21,279 nt of DNA from Candidatus Tenderia sp. (GCA_031416075.1 JANOSY010000006.1:1-21279); one strand, 5' to 3'; positions 8,803 to 19,107 are shown, counted from the stretch's first letter. Notes: a model not told the origin generated them from the sequence alone. Program-made: numbers and translations.

Positions 8803-9675
8803 ATGGATTCTCTACTGCTGGTATTAACGGTTATTGGTGTAGTTCTGATTCTGGCGGGTATCGCCAAGATGCGTAGTAATCGCCGTCACCATCGGGACGA
8901 AATTGATCACAGCATTCTTTTTGACAACCAACATAATAACGACGTGTTGGCCGATGATGATGTGGAGATCAAGCGGATACGTAAAGCAGAAAAAACGGCG
9001 GATATATCACCAATACACACTGATATTGACGTTTCGATGGCTGACGAAGATCTGCCACATATCAGTAGCGACAATGATATGAGGATTGATATCGATGCTA
9101 GTGAGCGCCCAGAGCCAATCTACGAAGAACGCCCCATTGCCAGAGATCGCGCCCGTACAATCCTGAATAAGCTGCGTATGGATAACAAGGGTGATGATCT
9201 GGATCAAGAGGTCGAGTCTGATAACACACTGGTTAAGCACTATCGCACTGGTGCACCGGATAAGGTGGTGGTGCTGAACATCATGGCACCCAAAGGTCGT
9301 TTTTTTGCCGGCCCCGTATTGGTAGATGCCATTGAATCGCTAGGCATGATCTATGGCGAGATGGAGATTTTTCATCTCTATTCTGACAATGCACCGCTGT
9401 TTAGTTTGGTCAATATGGTCAAGCCGGGTATTTTTGATATGACAACCATTGAGTCACTCAACACACCCGGCGTCAGCCTGTTTATTCAGCTGCCTAATAA
9501 ACAGGGCAATGGTCTGGAGGCATTTGACATCATGCTTGATGTTGCACAGCGTCTCAACCTTACCTTAAGTGGTTCACTCTGTGACGAGCGCCGTAACATT
9601 CTCACCCACTCAGCTATTGATTACATGCGCCAGCAGCTGGCCGAGTATGACTGCAAGTGGTTGGCAACGGCCTGA
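8803..9675 (+). CDS. zipA: Cell division protein ZipA
   Basis: N-terminal TM anchor, acidic linker, and C-terminal GMIYGEMEIFH..FSLVNMVKPGIFD..TPGVSLF..LCDERR domain; directly after smc; AGGAA before ATG 8803. Confidence 0.92.
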   Translation: MDSLLLVLTVIGVVLILAGIAKMRSNRRHHRDEIDHSILFDNQHNNDVLADDDVEIKRIRKAEKTADISPIHTDIDVSMADEDLPHISSDNDMRIDIDASERPEPIYEERPIARDRARTILNKLRMDNKGDDLDQEVESDNTLVKHYRTGAPDKVVVLNIMAPKGRFFAGPVLVDAIESLGMIYGEMEIFHLYSDNAPLFSLVNMVKPGIFDMTTIESLNTPGVSLFIQLPNKQGNGLEAFDIMLDVAQRLNLTLSGSLCDERRNILTHSAIDYMRQQLAEYDCKWLATA

Positions 9676-9697
9676 GCTAGCTGAGGTATATGGACCA

Positions 9698-11443
9698 ATG
9701 GTTGAGTTGGAGGCTACCTCGTTACAGTCGATGAAAAAAGAGGCCGAGGCGCTTTTGCTGGAACAGCGCCTGCCAGAAGCAAGGGCCGCTTTTTCGCAGC
9801 TTTGTTTACGCTCACCTGATGATTGCAATGCTTGGCTTAACCTGGGGGCAGTAGAGGGGATGCTTGGCTCGCTAACAGCAGCCAAACAGGCCTTCCAGCA
9901 AGCACTTGGATTACGCAATGATGAACCCAGGGTGTTTTTTAATCTGGCGCGTTTGTGTGAATTGCAGGAGCAGTTTGATGAGGCACTGCATTACTGGAGT
10001 GGCTATTTGCAGTTAATGCCGGATGACGCAGCTGGTTACGCACAAATAGCCCAGCTGCTGCATAAAGTGGGAAAGTTGCCAGAGGCGGCGCAGGCGATGC
10101 ATGAGGCCGTTCAGCGCAATCCTGATGAGGTTGAGTATTATAATAATCTCGGCGTTATGTTGGGGCGATTGGGGCGTTATGATGAGGCATTAACAAACTA
10201 TCAACACGTATTGCGCCTAAGGCCTGATGTGGATGGGGTGTATTGCAATATTGCAAATCTCTACCACAACATGGGTGATGGTGAAATGGCCAGGGCCAAT
10301 TTTGCCCGTGCCCTGGCGCTTAACCCAGACAATGCCTCCACACATATGAATCTCGGATTTCATTACGCCAGGAGCGGCCGTAATGATGAGGCGCTGAACA
10401 GTTTTAGAGAGGCGTTACGGATAGCGCCCGATAATGCGGCGGCGCACTTTAATATGGCGTTGCTGCTGCTGTTGCTGGGGCGGTTTCATGAGGGGTGGTT
10501 AGAGTATGAGTGGCGTTTTAAATGTAATGAGATAAGACGCCAGGATGTGCTTGCAAGGTATTACTCAAAGCCCCAATGGGATGGCGCATATCTTACGACA
10601 GAGGTCTTGCTTGTTTACGTTGAACAGGGTTTTGGTGATGCCTTGCAGTTTTGTCGTTACCTGCCCCTTGTTGCGCGGCGTGTTAAACATCTCATTGTTG
10701 AATGTCATGCTGAGTTGTTGACACTGTTGCGTGGTCAAGAGCAACTTGGTGGCATTGAGTTTGTGTCCCGCTCTACCGATGATCTGTTGCCAATGGTCGA
10801 TTACGATGTGCAGATTCCACTCTTGAGTCTGCCTCGTTTGTTTGAGATGGAGGTGGGGCCGGTATTTCAAGAGACAACCTATATTCAGTCCGATCCACAG
10901 CATATGGAACGTTGGCAGCGCCATTTTAATCATAATAAGTTGAAGGTTGGCTTGGTATGGGCAGGCAGTCCTGATCATCAGCGTGACCAGATGCGTTCGT
11001 TATCACTGAAGGCATTTAACCTGTTTGCCGGGATGAGTGGGGTCTGTTTTTACAGCCTGCAAAAAGGCCTCGCCGCATCTGAGGCAATTACACCGCCTGA
11101 GGGTATAGATCTGATTAATCTTGCGCCGGAGCTAAATGATTTTTCAGCAACTGCTGCAGTGATCGCCCATCTTGATCTGGTGATCAGCGTTGATACTGCT
11201 GTTGCTCACTTGGCTGGGGCGATGGGCAAACCAGTCTGGACCTTGATCTACTCACCCCCTGATTGGCGCTGGTTACTTGAATGCACAGAGAGCCCCTGGT
11301 ATCCAACGATGCGGCTCTTCAGGCAGGAGATGGGTGGTGACTGGATGGCAGTGATTGAGCGTGTCGCCATGGAGTTGCAAAAAATAGTGCTTAAACGTGG
11401 TGTGGCATCTGATGTTAAACGTCCAGACCTAGATCTGGTGTGA
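9698..11443 (+). CDS. TPR-repeat protein with a C-terminal GT-B (GT9-like) glycosyltransferase domain, paralog 1
   Basis: Multiple TPRs (AWLNLG, YYNNLG, HMNLG), then EQGFGDALQFCRY, VGLVWAG, VISVDTAVAHLAGAMGKP and WRW..SPWYPTMRLFRQ. GAGGT lies upstream of ATG 9698. Confidence 0.88.
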   Translation: MVELEATSLQSMKKEAEALLLEQRLPEARAAFSQLCLRSPDDCNAWLNLGAVEGMLGSLTAAKQAFQQALGLRNDEPRVFFNLARLCELQEQFDEALHYWSGYLQLMPDDAAGYAQIAQLLHKVGKLPEAAQAMHEAVQRNPDEVEYYNNLGVMLGRLGRYDEALTNYQHVLRLRPDVDGVYCNIANLYHNMGDGEMARANFARALALNPDNASTHMNLGFHYARSGRNDEALNSFREALRIAPDNAAAHFNMALLLLLLGRFHEGWLEYEWRFKCNEIRRQDVLARYYSKPQWDGAYLTTEVLLVYVEQGFGDALQFCRYLPLVARRVKHLIVECHAELLTLLRGQEQLGGIEFVSRSTDDLLPMVDYDVQIPLLSLPRLFEMEVGPVFQETTYIQSDPQHMERWQRHFNHNKLKVGLVWAGSPDHQRDQMRSLSLKAFNLFAGMSGVCFYSLQKGLAASEAITPPEGIDLINLAPELNDFSATAAVIAHLDLVISVDTAVAHLAGAMGKPVWTLIYSPPDWRWLLECTESPWYPTMRLFRQEMGGDWMAVIERVAMELQKIVLKRGVASDVKRPDLDLV

Positions 11444-13146
11444 AGAGAGTGGCTACATCAGAGCGGCTTTTGCTGGATGCCAAAAAACAGGAAGCGGCGA
11501 CGCTGCTGCAAGCCAAGCGGTTTTCTGATGCACTTGCTATACTGACATGGGTTTGCCAGCACGATCCTGATGATTATGAGTCCTGGTTTAATCTTGGGGC
11601 TCTTAATGGCAAACTCGGGATGTTTGCAGCTGCAGAGGCCACATTTTTAAAAGCGCTTGCGTTACGTAGCAGTGATCCACAAATTTATATTAATCTGGCA
11701 CGCCTTTGTGATCTTCAAGGTCGTTTTGATGATGAGCTGGTCTATTGTCGGCGCTTTTTACAGCTGGTGCCAAATGATGGTGCGGCCTATTCACAGATAG
11801 GCAAAGTGCTGCATCGCTTGGGGCGCTTGCCAGAGGCTGAGCAGGCGTTACGTGAAGCCTGGCGCTACGCCCCTAATAATGCGGCATATGTGAATAATCT
11901 TGGCATTGTCCAGGATGATCTTGGTCGTTACGATGATGCATTAGAGTGTTATAGAAGTGCACTGCACTTGAACCCTCAAATGGATAGTGCCTATTGCAAT
12001 CTGGGAAAGCTATTCCAAAAAAATGGGGAAAGTGAATCTTCTGAAGCCGCATATTTAGCAGCGCTGAAAATTAATCCACAGAACTCAGATGTCCAACAAA
12101 ATCTTGGGATCCTGCTGCTGGGGCTTGGGCGTAATGATGAGGCTATGCACTGTTTTAACGAGAGACTTAGGGCACTCCCGGAGTGTGCAGAGGCCCATTG
12201 GAACCGTGCGCTGTTGTTGCTGGCGGCGGGTAACTTTAGTGATGGCTGGGAGGAGTATGAGTGGCGTTTTAAATGTCATGAGTTGATGTCTCAGCCACTT
12301 GAGGCGCGATACTCTTCAAAAACATTGTGGGATGGATCAGTACTGACTGATCAAACATTGTTGATCTATGTTGAGCAGGGGTTTGGCGATACGCTACAGT
12401 TTTGTCGTTATCTGCCACTGGTAATGCAGCAGGTCAAACATCTGATCTTTGAATGTCAACCTGAATTGTTTGCGTTGTTGTCGAATGTGTTTAAGGATAT
12501 CAAATGTATTCAGCGACCAGCGGAGAGTGCGCTGCCTGATATTGATTACGACCTTCAGGCTCCACTTTTGACACTCCCGCGTCTGTTGAATACAGTTATG
12601 GAATCGATTCCCGTTGCCATTCCGTATATACACGCTGATCCACGATTGGTGGAGCGCTGGTCTCAACGTATTGGCAAAAACAGTTTTAATGTTGGAGTTG
12701 TTTGGGCAGGAAATCAAAATTACAAGGGCGATAAAGAGCGCTCTCTTTCATTGGCGGCAATAGAGCGGTTGGGCGAGGTTAGTCGCCACATCTGTTTTTA
12801 TAGCCTGCAAAAAGAGGGGGGCACAGAGGCTATTTATTCAATAAACCCCATGCGGTTGGTCGATCTGGCGTCAGAGCTGGATAGCTTTGCTACGACTGCG
12901 GCTGTGATCGAGAATCTGGATTTGGTGATTACGGTTGATACGGCAGTGGCTCATTTGGCCGGTGCGATGGGAAAACCGGTTTGGACCTTGATATATTCGC
13001 CTCCTGATTGGCGTTGGCTACTGGATCGCAATGATTCTCCTTGGTACCCAACAATGCGCCTTTTCAGACAATCAAAGGCGGGGGAGTGGGATGAGGTGAT
13101 CGACCGTGTGGCCAGTGCACTCGCTATGGATGTGTCACGGCGGTGA
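11440..13146 (+). CDS. TPR-repeat protein with a C-terminal GT-B (GT9-like) glycosyltransferase domain, paralog 2
   Basis: Same architecture and motifs as paralog 1 (EQGFGDTLQFCRY, VITVDTAVAHLAGAMGKP, SPWYPTMRLFRQ); GTGA start/stop overlap with it. Confidence 0.88.
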   Translation: MKRVATSERLLLDAKKQEAATLLQAKRFSDALAILTWVCQHDPDDYESWFNLGALNGKLGMFAAAEATFLKALALRSSDPQIYINLARLCDLQGRFDDELVYCRRFLQLVPNDGAAYSQIGKVLHRLGRLPEAEQALREAWRYAPNNAAYVNNLGIVQDDLGRYDDALECYRSALHLNPQMDSAYCNLGKLFQKNGESESSEAAYLAALKINPQNSDVQQNLGILLLGLGRNDEAMHCFNERLRALPECAEAHWNRALLLLAAGNFSDGWEEYEWRFKCHELMSQPLEARYSSKTLWDGSVLTDQTLLIYVEQGFGDTLQFCRYLPLVMQQVKHLIFECQPELFALLSNVFKDIKCIQRPAESALPDIDYDLQAPLLTLPRLLNTVMESIPVAIPYIHADPRLVERWSQRIGKNSFNVGVVWAGNQNYKGDKERSLSLAAIERLGEVSRHICFYSLQKEGGTEAIYSINPMRLVDLASELDSFATTAAVIENLDLVITVDTAVAHLAGAMGKPVWTLIYSPPDWRWLLDRNDSPWYPTMRLFRQSKAGEWDEVIDRVASALAMDVSRR

Positions 13147-13155
13147 TGTTGCCAC

Positions 13156-13190
13156 TGGCGATTTTGTCCGGAATTCCTGTATACTGCGCC
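13156..13190 (+). promoter_or_regulatory. Putative ffs promoter
   Basis: TATACT (13180-13185) followed by a GC-rich discriminator GCGCC typical of stable-RNA promoters; the -35 is weak. Confidence 0.45.
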
Positions 13191-13228
13191 ACTCTTGATA
13201 CTTGCACCGCCAGTATCAGTCGTTTTAT

Positions 13229-13343
13229 GGTGGCTCGCGTCGGTCACCCCGCAACGATATGCTGTGAACCCCGCCAGGCCCGGAAGGGAGCAACGGTAAT
13301 AGCAGATTCGTGTGCCGGGGCCCGGCGGGCGCGGGCTGCCACC
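13229..13343 (+). ncRNA. ffs: Signal recognition particle 4.5S RNA
   Basis: Conserved domain IV core CCAGGCCCGGAAGGGAGCAACGG; termini GGTGGC.../...GCCACC pair into one long hairpin; lies upstream of dnaX. Confidence 0.95.
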
Positions 13344-13478
13344 TATCTGTAGCTCCGCATGTAAAAACTTACCAATTTCTATTTTTGTGTCGTGTAGTTA
13401 GCGCAGTTTTGCGTTAAAATCTTGGCCTATGTCATTATTTATCCATACATTCCCGGTTCTGCTTGTAAAGGTGAACGG

Positions 13479-15098
13479 ATGAGTTATCAGGTTCTGGCGC
13501 GTAAATGGCGGCCACGTAACTTCGGTACGATGGTGGGCCAGGAGCATGTTCTGCGGGCGCTGATCAACGCACTTGATAATGATCGTCTGCACCATGCCTA
13601 TCTGTTTACCGGCACCCGTGGTGTTGGTAAAACTACTGTGGCGCGTATCTTTGCCAAATCACTCAATTGTGAACAGGGCATAACGTCGGTGCCGTGTGGT
13701 ACTTGCAGTGCTTGCCGTGAAATTGATGAAGGGCGTTTTGTTGATCTGCTTGAAGTGGATGCTGCTTCGCGCACGAAGGTTGAGGATACCCGCGAGTTAC
13801 TGGAGAATGTGCAATATTCACCTACCCGAGGCCGTTTTAAGGTCTACCTGATAGACGAAGTGCACATGCTCTCCAGCCACAGCTTCAATGCCTTGCTCAA
13901 GACACTGGAAGAGCCACCACCACACGTTAAATTTCTGTTGGCCACTACCGATCCGCAAAAACTCCCGGTTACCATTCTATCCCGCTGCCTGCAATTCAGT
14001 CTGAAGCGGTTATCAAAGGAACTGATTGTTGGCCATCTCATTAATGTGATGGAAAAAGAGCAGATTCCTGTTGAACCAGCGGCGCTTTCGCTGATTGCTG
14101 AGGGGGCCGATGGCAGCATGCGCGATGCACTGAGCCTGCTTGATCAAGCTATTGCTTATGGCGGTGGCAAACTCACTATCGCTGAAGTGGCGACTATGTT
14201 GGGAACCATTGACAAAAGTTATCTCTTCAGGATTTTGCAGGCCCTAGCTGATAATAATGGCCAATCTGTTCTCGATACCGTTCATGGATTGGCTCAACAA
14301 GGAGTCGATTTTACGGCTGTATTGGCGGGGCTGATATCACAGCTACATCAGCTGGCCTTAATTCAAATCTCTCCACAAGCACTGGAGCAGTCACCAGACT
14401 ATGCGGTAATGACGACATTAGCTGCGGCTATTACCCCGGAAGATGTTCAGCTCTATTATCAGATCGCTCTTCTGGGGCGGCGTGATCTCCCTTACGCACC
14501 CGATATGCGTAGTGGTTTCGAAATGGTTTTGTTACGAATGTTGGCATTTCGCCCAGTAGCAGTGGGCGAGGTGGTATCGCATCCTCAGGGTGTGACAGCA
14601 CGATCCACAGCGAGCGCGCCTCCCCAGGCGTCCGCATCTGCCAGACAGTCAACGGTTATTGATGCTGTTTTAACTACGCAGCAGGATGATGTTGTAAAAA
14701 ACGAGACTACACCACTGAGCAGCGCTGCTCCTTGGCATGAGATTGTATCTAAACTTGACTTGCGCGGCATGGCACTACAACTGGCGGTTAATTCAGTAAT
14801 GACTGGGCGTGATGGCAATGTTATTCATCTGATGCTTTCATCACAACACGCCACTCTACGCAGCCCGGCTATGGAGCTGCGCTTACATGACGCGTTACAG
14901 AGCTTTTTCAATGAACCCGTCAAACTCAAATTTACGATTGGTGAGGTGCAGGAGAGTCCGGCCCATTTGAATCAACGTGCTAGCGATGAACGACAGCAAG
15001 CAGCTGTTACTGCTATGCATAATGATCCAAATGTTCAACGTATTCAGGAAACATTTAACGCAGAAGTGATTACTGAGTCTATTCGCCCCATTGGGTGA
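13479..15098 (+). CDS. dnaX: DNA polymerase III subunit gamma/tau
   Basis: [21 protein letters not shown], Zn-binding Cys cluster, DEVHML, ILSRC and the C-terminal tau domain ([16 protein letters not shown]). Confidence 0.99.
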   Translation: MSYQVLARKWRPRNFGTMVGQEHVLRALINALDNDRLHHAYLFTGTRGVGKTTVARIFAKSLNCEQGITSVPCGTCSACREIDEGRFVDLLEVDAASRTKVEDTRELLENVQYSPTRGRFKVYLIDEVHMLSSHSFNALLKTLEEPPPHVKFLLATTDPQKLPVTILSRCLQFSLKRLSKELIVGHLINVMEKEQIPVEPAALSLIAEGADGSMRDALSLLDQAIAYGGGKLTIAEVATMLGTIDKSYLFRILQALADNNGQSVLDTVHGLAQQGVDFTAVLAGLISQLHQLALIQISPQALEQSPDYAVMTTLAAAITPEDVQLYYQIALLGRRDLPYAPDMRSGFEMVLLRMLAFRPVAVGEVVSHPQGVTARSTASAPPQASASARQSTVIDAVLTTQQDDVVKNETTPLSSAAPWHEIVSKLDLRGMALQLAVNSVMTGRDGNVIHLMLSSQHATLRSPAMELRLHDALQSFFNEPVKLKFTIGEVQESPAHLNQRASDERQQAAVTAMHNDPNVQRIQETFNAEVITESIRPIG

Positions 15099-15136
15099 TG
15101 CAGGCATCGATCTACTTTATTAAGGAGGAAAGTATC

Positions 15137-15463
15137 ATGATGAAAGGTGGTTTGGGCGGCCTGATGAAGCAGGCTCAAAAGATGCAGGAAAACGTGCAGA
15201 AGGCCCAGGAAGAGCTGGGTAATATGGAAGTCACAGGACAATCGGGCGGTGGTATGGTCTCGGTGGTGATGACGGGGCGTCATGATCTGCGTCGTGTGAC
15301 TATCGATCCAGCTCTGATGCAAGAAGATAAAGAGATGCTCGAGGATCTGCTGGCAGCAGCCGTGAACGATGCTGTGCGTACTATCGAGCGTGTAAGCCAG
15401 GAAAAGATGTCCGGTATGACTGCTGGCATGGGCCTTCCACCTGGAATGAAACTGCCATTTTGA
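15137..15463 (+). CDS. ybaB: YbaB/EbfC nucleoid-associated protein
   Basis: [18 protein letters not shown] and [15 protein letters not shown]; AAGGAGG RBS; dnaX-ybaB-recR synteny. Confidence 0.96.
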   Translation: MMKGGLGGLMKQAQKMQENVQKAQEELGNMEVTGQSGGGMVSVVMTGRHDLRRVTIDPALMQEDKEMLEDLLAAAVNDAVRTIERVSQEKMSGMTAGMGLPPGMKLPF

Positions 15464-15531
15464 TGTTGGCCTGTTATCCTAAAGAAATAGTGCCTGATTA
15501 TTTTGCGGCTAAATTTAGTGTTTGATTCTCG

Positions 15532-16128
15532 ATGAAACAGACTTCATTAATTGGCCAATTGATCGACGCGTTGCGTTGTTTGCCAGGTGTTGGGCCAAAA
15601 TCTGCACAGCGTATGGCCTTCCACCTGCTTGAGCGTGATAGAAATGGTGCGCGCCGTTTGGCCCATCTGTTAGTGGAGTCCGCTGATAAGATTGGCCATT
15701 GTTCCCAGTGCCGCACCCTCACTGAACATGAAATCTGCGCTATTTGCGCCAATACCGGGCGCGACCGTTCGTTATTGTGTGTGGTGGAGATGCCTACAGA
15801 TGTGGCGGCGATTGAGCACTCAAATGTCTATCGTGGCCTCTATTTTGTTCTGTTAGGACATCTTTCGCCACTGGATGGTATAGGCCCTGACCAGATTGGG
15901 TTGGACATACTCTCTGCACGTCTGGCACAGCAAGAGGTGAGGGAGGTTATCCTTGCCACTAATTCGACAGTGGAAGGTGAGGCAACTGCCCATTACATTG
16001 CAGAGTTGGCAAAGGGATATAAAATTAATATCAGTCGTATAGCACGTGGTGTACCAATGGGAGGGGAGCTGGAGTATGTGGATGGTGGCACGTTGTCGCA
16101 TGCCATGGCCAGTCGGCAGCTGATTTAA
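15532..16128 (+). CDS. recR: Recombination mediator RecR
   Basis: [12 protein letters not shown]4 Zn finger, TOPRIM EVILAT..EGEATA and GGELEYVD. Confidence 0.98.
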   Translation: MKQTSLIGQLIDALRCLPGVGPKSAQRMAFHLLERDRNGARRLAHLLVESADKIGHCSQCRTLTEHEICAICANTGRDRSLLCVVEMPTDVAAIEHSNVYRGLYFVLLGHLSPLDGIGPDQIGLDILSARLAQQEVREVILATNSTVEGEATAHYIAELAKGYKINISRIARGVPMGGELEYVDGGTLSHAMASRQLI

Positions 16129-16197
16129 TTTTTAAACTATCTTAATGATCTATTTTGCTTCAGATTGCTGTTACCAGATCAATAAAAAGGATAACGT

Positions 16198-16590
16198 GTG
16201 TCAGAAGCACTGCTGTTTGCAATTGCAATTTACCTCTTAATGGTACTGGCATTTTTTCTCGCTAAGTGGCGCTTTTTCCATGTGCCCGTCATGGTCCTTT
16301 CGATCCTGTTTGATCTGTTGATACCAGTCTATTTAATTCTTACTAAGGATTGGTATAAACGATTGATAGAGCAGGAAGAGATATTCTCTTTTATGATCTG
16401 GATGCATTTTATTCTGGTACTTACCCTTTATGCCCTTTATGGACTTCAGATAATGACCATTAAAAAGATGGTTAATGGGGATGAGGTTGCACGTAAAGAA
16501 CATCGCACACAAGGTGTGGGAATTTTAATTGCACGCGGTCTGGTGATACTGTCAGCAGCAATGTTGATAGACCCCACTGGTGCAGAGTAA
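16198..16590 (+). CDS. Small 4-TM membrane protein with three histidines (DUF420/cytochrome b-like, uncertain)
   Basis: Four hydrophobic segments with His in FFHVP, WMHF and KEHR; AAAAGGA upstream of the GTG. Confidence 0.6.
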   Translation: MSEALLFAIAIYLLMVLAFFLAKWRFFHVPVMVLSILFDLLIPVYLILTKDWYKRLIEQEEIFSFMIWMHFILVLTLYALYGLQIMTIKKMVNGDEVARKEHRTQGVGILIARGLVILSAAMLIDPTGAE

Positions 16591-16631
16591 CGCCATATTC
16601 GTTTCATTCAAACACTGTTTGGGGAAGTATT

Positions 16632-17108
16632 ATGCAATTAACGTTGTACAGTGATTACTCACTACGTGTATTGATCTATCTTGGCGCACATCCAGGACAT
16701 CGTGCAACTATATCCGAAATAGCCCAGAGTTACGGTATATCACGCAACCATCTGGTAAAAGTTGTGCATAATCTGGCCAATCTTGGCTTTATTGATACGG
16801 TTCGTGGTCGAAGTGGTGGCATGATATTGGCACTGGTACCAGAGCTAATTAACATTGGTAACGTTGTTCGTAAGACTGAGCCAGATTTTGATATAGTGGA
16901 GTGTTTTAATGAGGCAACCAATACCTGTCCAATCTCGCCCTCTTGTGCGTTGATTAAAGTTTTAAAAATAGCTCGTAATAGGTTTATCGAAACACTTGAT
17001 GAGTATACCTTAGCAGATGTGGTAGCTAATGCGTCACAGCTGGCTGTTTATTTGAGAATTGATACATTAGCTCTGCCAAAAATTCAGCGTGGACAAAAGG
17101 GAGGCTAA
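16632..17108 (+). CDS. nsrR: Rrf2-family Fe-S regulator, NsrR-like
   Basis: MQLTLYSDYSLRVLIYL, ISRNHLVKVV, RGRSGG wing and three Cys in VECF..TCPISPSC. Confidence 0.8.
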   Translation: MQLTLYSDYSLRVLIYLGAHPGHRATISEIAQSYGISRNHLVKVVHNLANLGFIDTVRGRSGGMILALVPELINIGNVVRKTEPDFDIVECFNEATNTCPISPSCALIKVLKIARNRFIETLDEYTLADVVANASQLAVYLRIDTLALPKIQRGQKGG

Positions 17109-17116
17109 GCCAGCTC

Positions 17117-18112
17117 TCACTTGTGTGAATGTGATATAGGCTCAATAAACGAGTTTAGAATTTCTAAATAGTTGTTATAGCGGCGTTGGCTGATCTGTTT
17201 TTCAGCCACTGCGGTTTTAATGGCACACAAAGGTTCGTGTATATGCACACAGTTATTGAACTTGCATTGTCCCAGATAGTGACGAAACTCTATAAAACAG
17301 TCAGCGAGCACATCTAACCCTATTCTGCTCAATCCAAATTCCCTTACACCCGGCGAATCAATCAGATTGGCACCACACGGCAAATGGTAGAGCACGGCGG
17401 TTGTGGTGGTATGTTTACCTTTTCCTGAACTGGCTGAAACCTCGCCGATACGGATCGCTTTATCAGGCAAGAGTGCACTGATGAGTGATGACTTACCCAC
17501 ACCTGACTCACCCACAAAAACATTTGTATGGCTGGCCAGTTGGGTGTGTAACTCATCAAGGCCATTTTTCTGTGTCGTGCTGGTGTAACACACTTGGTAA
17601 CCGATATCGTGGTAGTTTTTCAGATCCTGTGTTAACTGTTGTTGCTCCACTTTATTCAGCAGGTCAATCTTGTTTACTACCAGAACGGGGGTAATCTTCA
17701 GGCTCTCTGCTGCAATGATGTAACGGTCTATCAGGTTGGCATGAAACCGGTACCCCTCATCATCAAGGGCCTTGACTGTGGTAACGATAATGAGCTGGTC
17801 TATATTGGCCGCAATGGCTTTTTCACGGCCAATATCATCCGGGCGAGCGAGCAAGGTGTCGCGCTGCAACAATTCGACCACAATGCCTTGGTTATCATGA
17901 CTGGGTTCCCAGAGCACGCGATCACCACAGACAATAGCACCATGTTTGCGTCGTGAAGTGCAGCGATGGCTAATACCATCGCTATCTTCGATATCCATTT
18001 TCGCCCCGTAACTAGCGACAACCAGACCAGTACGGTAATCGCTGTTTATGGTGGAATTTTTAGTTTTTGAGGATGTTTGTGGACGTTGTGTAGGTGGACG
18101 TTTGATCGACAT
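17117..18112 (-). CDS. rsgA: Small ribosomal subunit biogenesis GTPase RsgA
   Basis: Circularly permuted GTPase motifs NKID, GESGVGKSS, GKHTTT and DSPGVREF; Zn motif CKFNNCVH..EPLC. Confidence 0.97.
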   Translation of the reverse strand: MSIKRPPTQRPQTSSKTKNSTINSDYRTGLVVASYGAKMDIEDSDGISHRCTSRRKHGAIVCGDRVLWEPSHDNQGIVVELLQRDTLLARPDDIGREKAIAANIDQLIIVTTVKALDDEGYRFHANLIDRYIIAAESLKITPVLVVNKIDLLNKVEQQQLTQDLKNYHDIGYQVCYTSTTQKNGLDELHTQLASHTNVFVGESGVGKSSLISALLPDKAIRIGEVSASSGKGKHTTTTAVLYHLPCGANLIDSPGVREFGLSRIGLDVLADCFIEFRHYLGQCKFNNCVHIHEPLCAIKTAVAEKQISQRRYNNYLEILNSFIEPISHSHK

Positions 18113-18118
18113 TGTCTA

Positions 18119-18403
18119 TTACTTGGTTGGGTATTTGTAAAAAGTGCTATTCAGGTATTGAACAACCTGATTGATCTGCGGCTCTGACCAGTGTTTGTTA
18201 TTGGCACTCTCACAAAACTCAACACGTGCTTTCAGCTCAGGTAGACTCTGTATAATACTGTTCTTGCGGACATATATAGCATCGTCGTGGCACTGCTGAC
18301 ACTGTCCGTCGACAAGTTTTTTGCCACTAGCGACATCAGAGGCATAAACACCAGGAGTCATTAATAGAGTGACGACCGTAGCAACCATAAGCACTTGTTT
18401 CAT
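18119..18403 (-). CDS. Small periplasmic monoheme c-type cytochrome (green heme protein-like)
   Basis: Signal peptide ending VYA, heme motif CQQCH, distal VEFC..W and YLNSTFYKY; no Met in the mature chain. Confidence 0.8.
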   Translation of the reverse strand: MKQVLMVATVVTLLMTPGVYASDVASGKKLVDGQCQQCHDDAIYVRKNSIIQSLPELKARVEFCESANNKHWSEPQINQVVQYLNSTFYKYPTK

Positions 18404-18526
18404 GACAATTCCTCATATGGGTGGAAAGTCCCTCATTCTAGCTGATTACATCCAAAAGTGTTTCACTTATAGGTTGTATCATTTGTAAAATGGCAATACC
18501 AAAAACTTACACATAAAAGGGCTATC

Positions 18527-19069
18527 ATGCTGCAAAACCCCAATAACCTAGTCTGGATCGATCTAGAGATGACGGGACTTGATCCTGACACCGATCTGAT
18601 AATTGAGATGGCAACTATTATCACTGATGCCAATCTTAACACCATTGCTGAAGGGCCAGTTTTTGCCATCCATCAAAGCGATACAATATTGGCGACAATG
18701 GATGAGTGGAATACCCGTCAACATGGAGGATCAGGGTTAACGGCGCGGGTAAAAGCCAGTGCCATTGATACTCGTGAAGCAGAGCGACAGACGATTGAGT
18801 TTTTGAGTCAGTATTTACCAGCTAAAACATCGCCCATATGTGGTAACAGTATCTGCCAGGACCGTCGATTTTTATACCGTCATATGCCGGAATTAGAGCA
18901 ATTTTTTCATTACCGCAATTTGGATGTCAGCACAGTCAAGGAGCTGGTAAAACGTTGGGCACCAGAGTTGGTCGATGGTTTTGCGAAAAAGGGAAGTCAT
19001 CTGGCCCTTGATGATATTCGTGACTCCATTCGTGAACTGCAATATTACCGGGAACATTTTATCAAATAG
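18527..19069 (+). CDS. orn: Oligoribonuclease
   Basis: [39 protein letters not shown] and [11 protein letters not shown]; divergent from rsgA as in many gammaproteobacteria. Confidence 0.98.
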   Translation: MLQNPNNLVWIDLEMTGLDPDTDLIIEMATIITDANLNTIAEGPVFAIHQSDTILATMDEWNTRQHGGSGLTARVKASAIDTREAERQTIEFLSQYLPAKTSPICGNSICQDRRFLYRHMPELEQFFHYRNLDVSTVKELVKRWAPELVDGFAKKGSHLALDDIRDSIRELQYYREHFIK

Positions 19070-19107
19070 TTTAGCGTACTGTTACAGCCTTTAAACGAAA
19101 CTATCGC

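Noticed and set aside
9569-9697. N-terminal extensions in the ORF track (TPR gene 9569, dnaX 13422, ybaB 15095, lipoprotein 3515, AraC 2074)
   Set aside because: They overlap upstream genes or precede the family-typical N-terminus; the downstream ATGs have better RBS or motif support.
13143-13352. 69-aa ORF between the second TPR gene and dnaX
   Set aside because: It overlaps the SRP RNA gene and its promoter; spurious.
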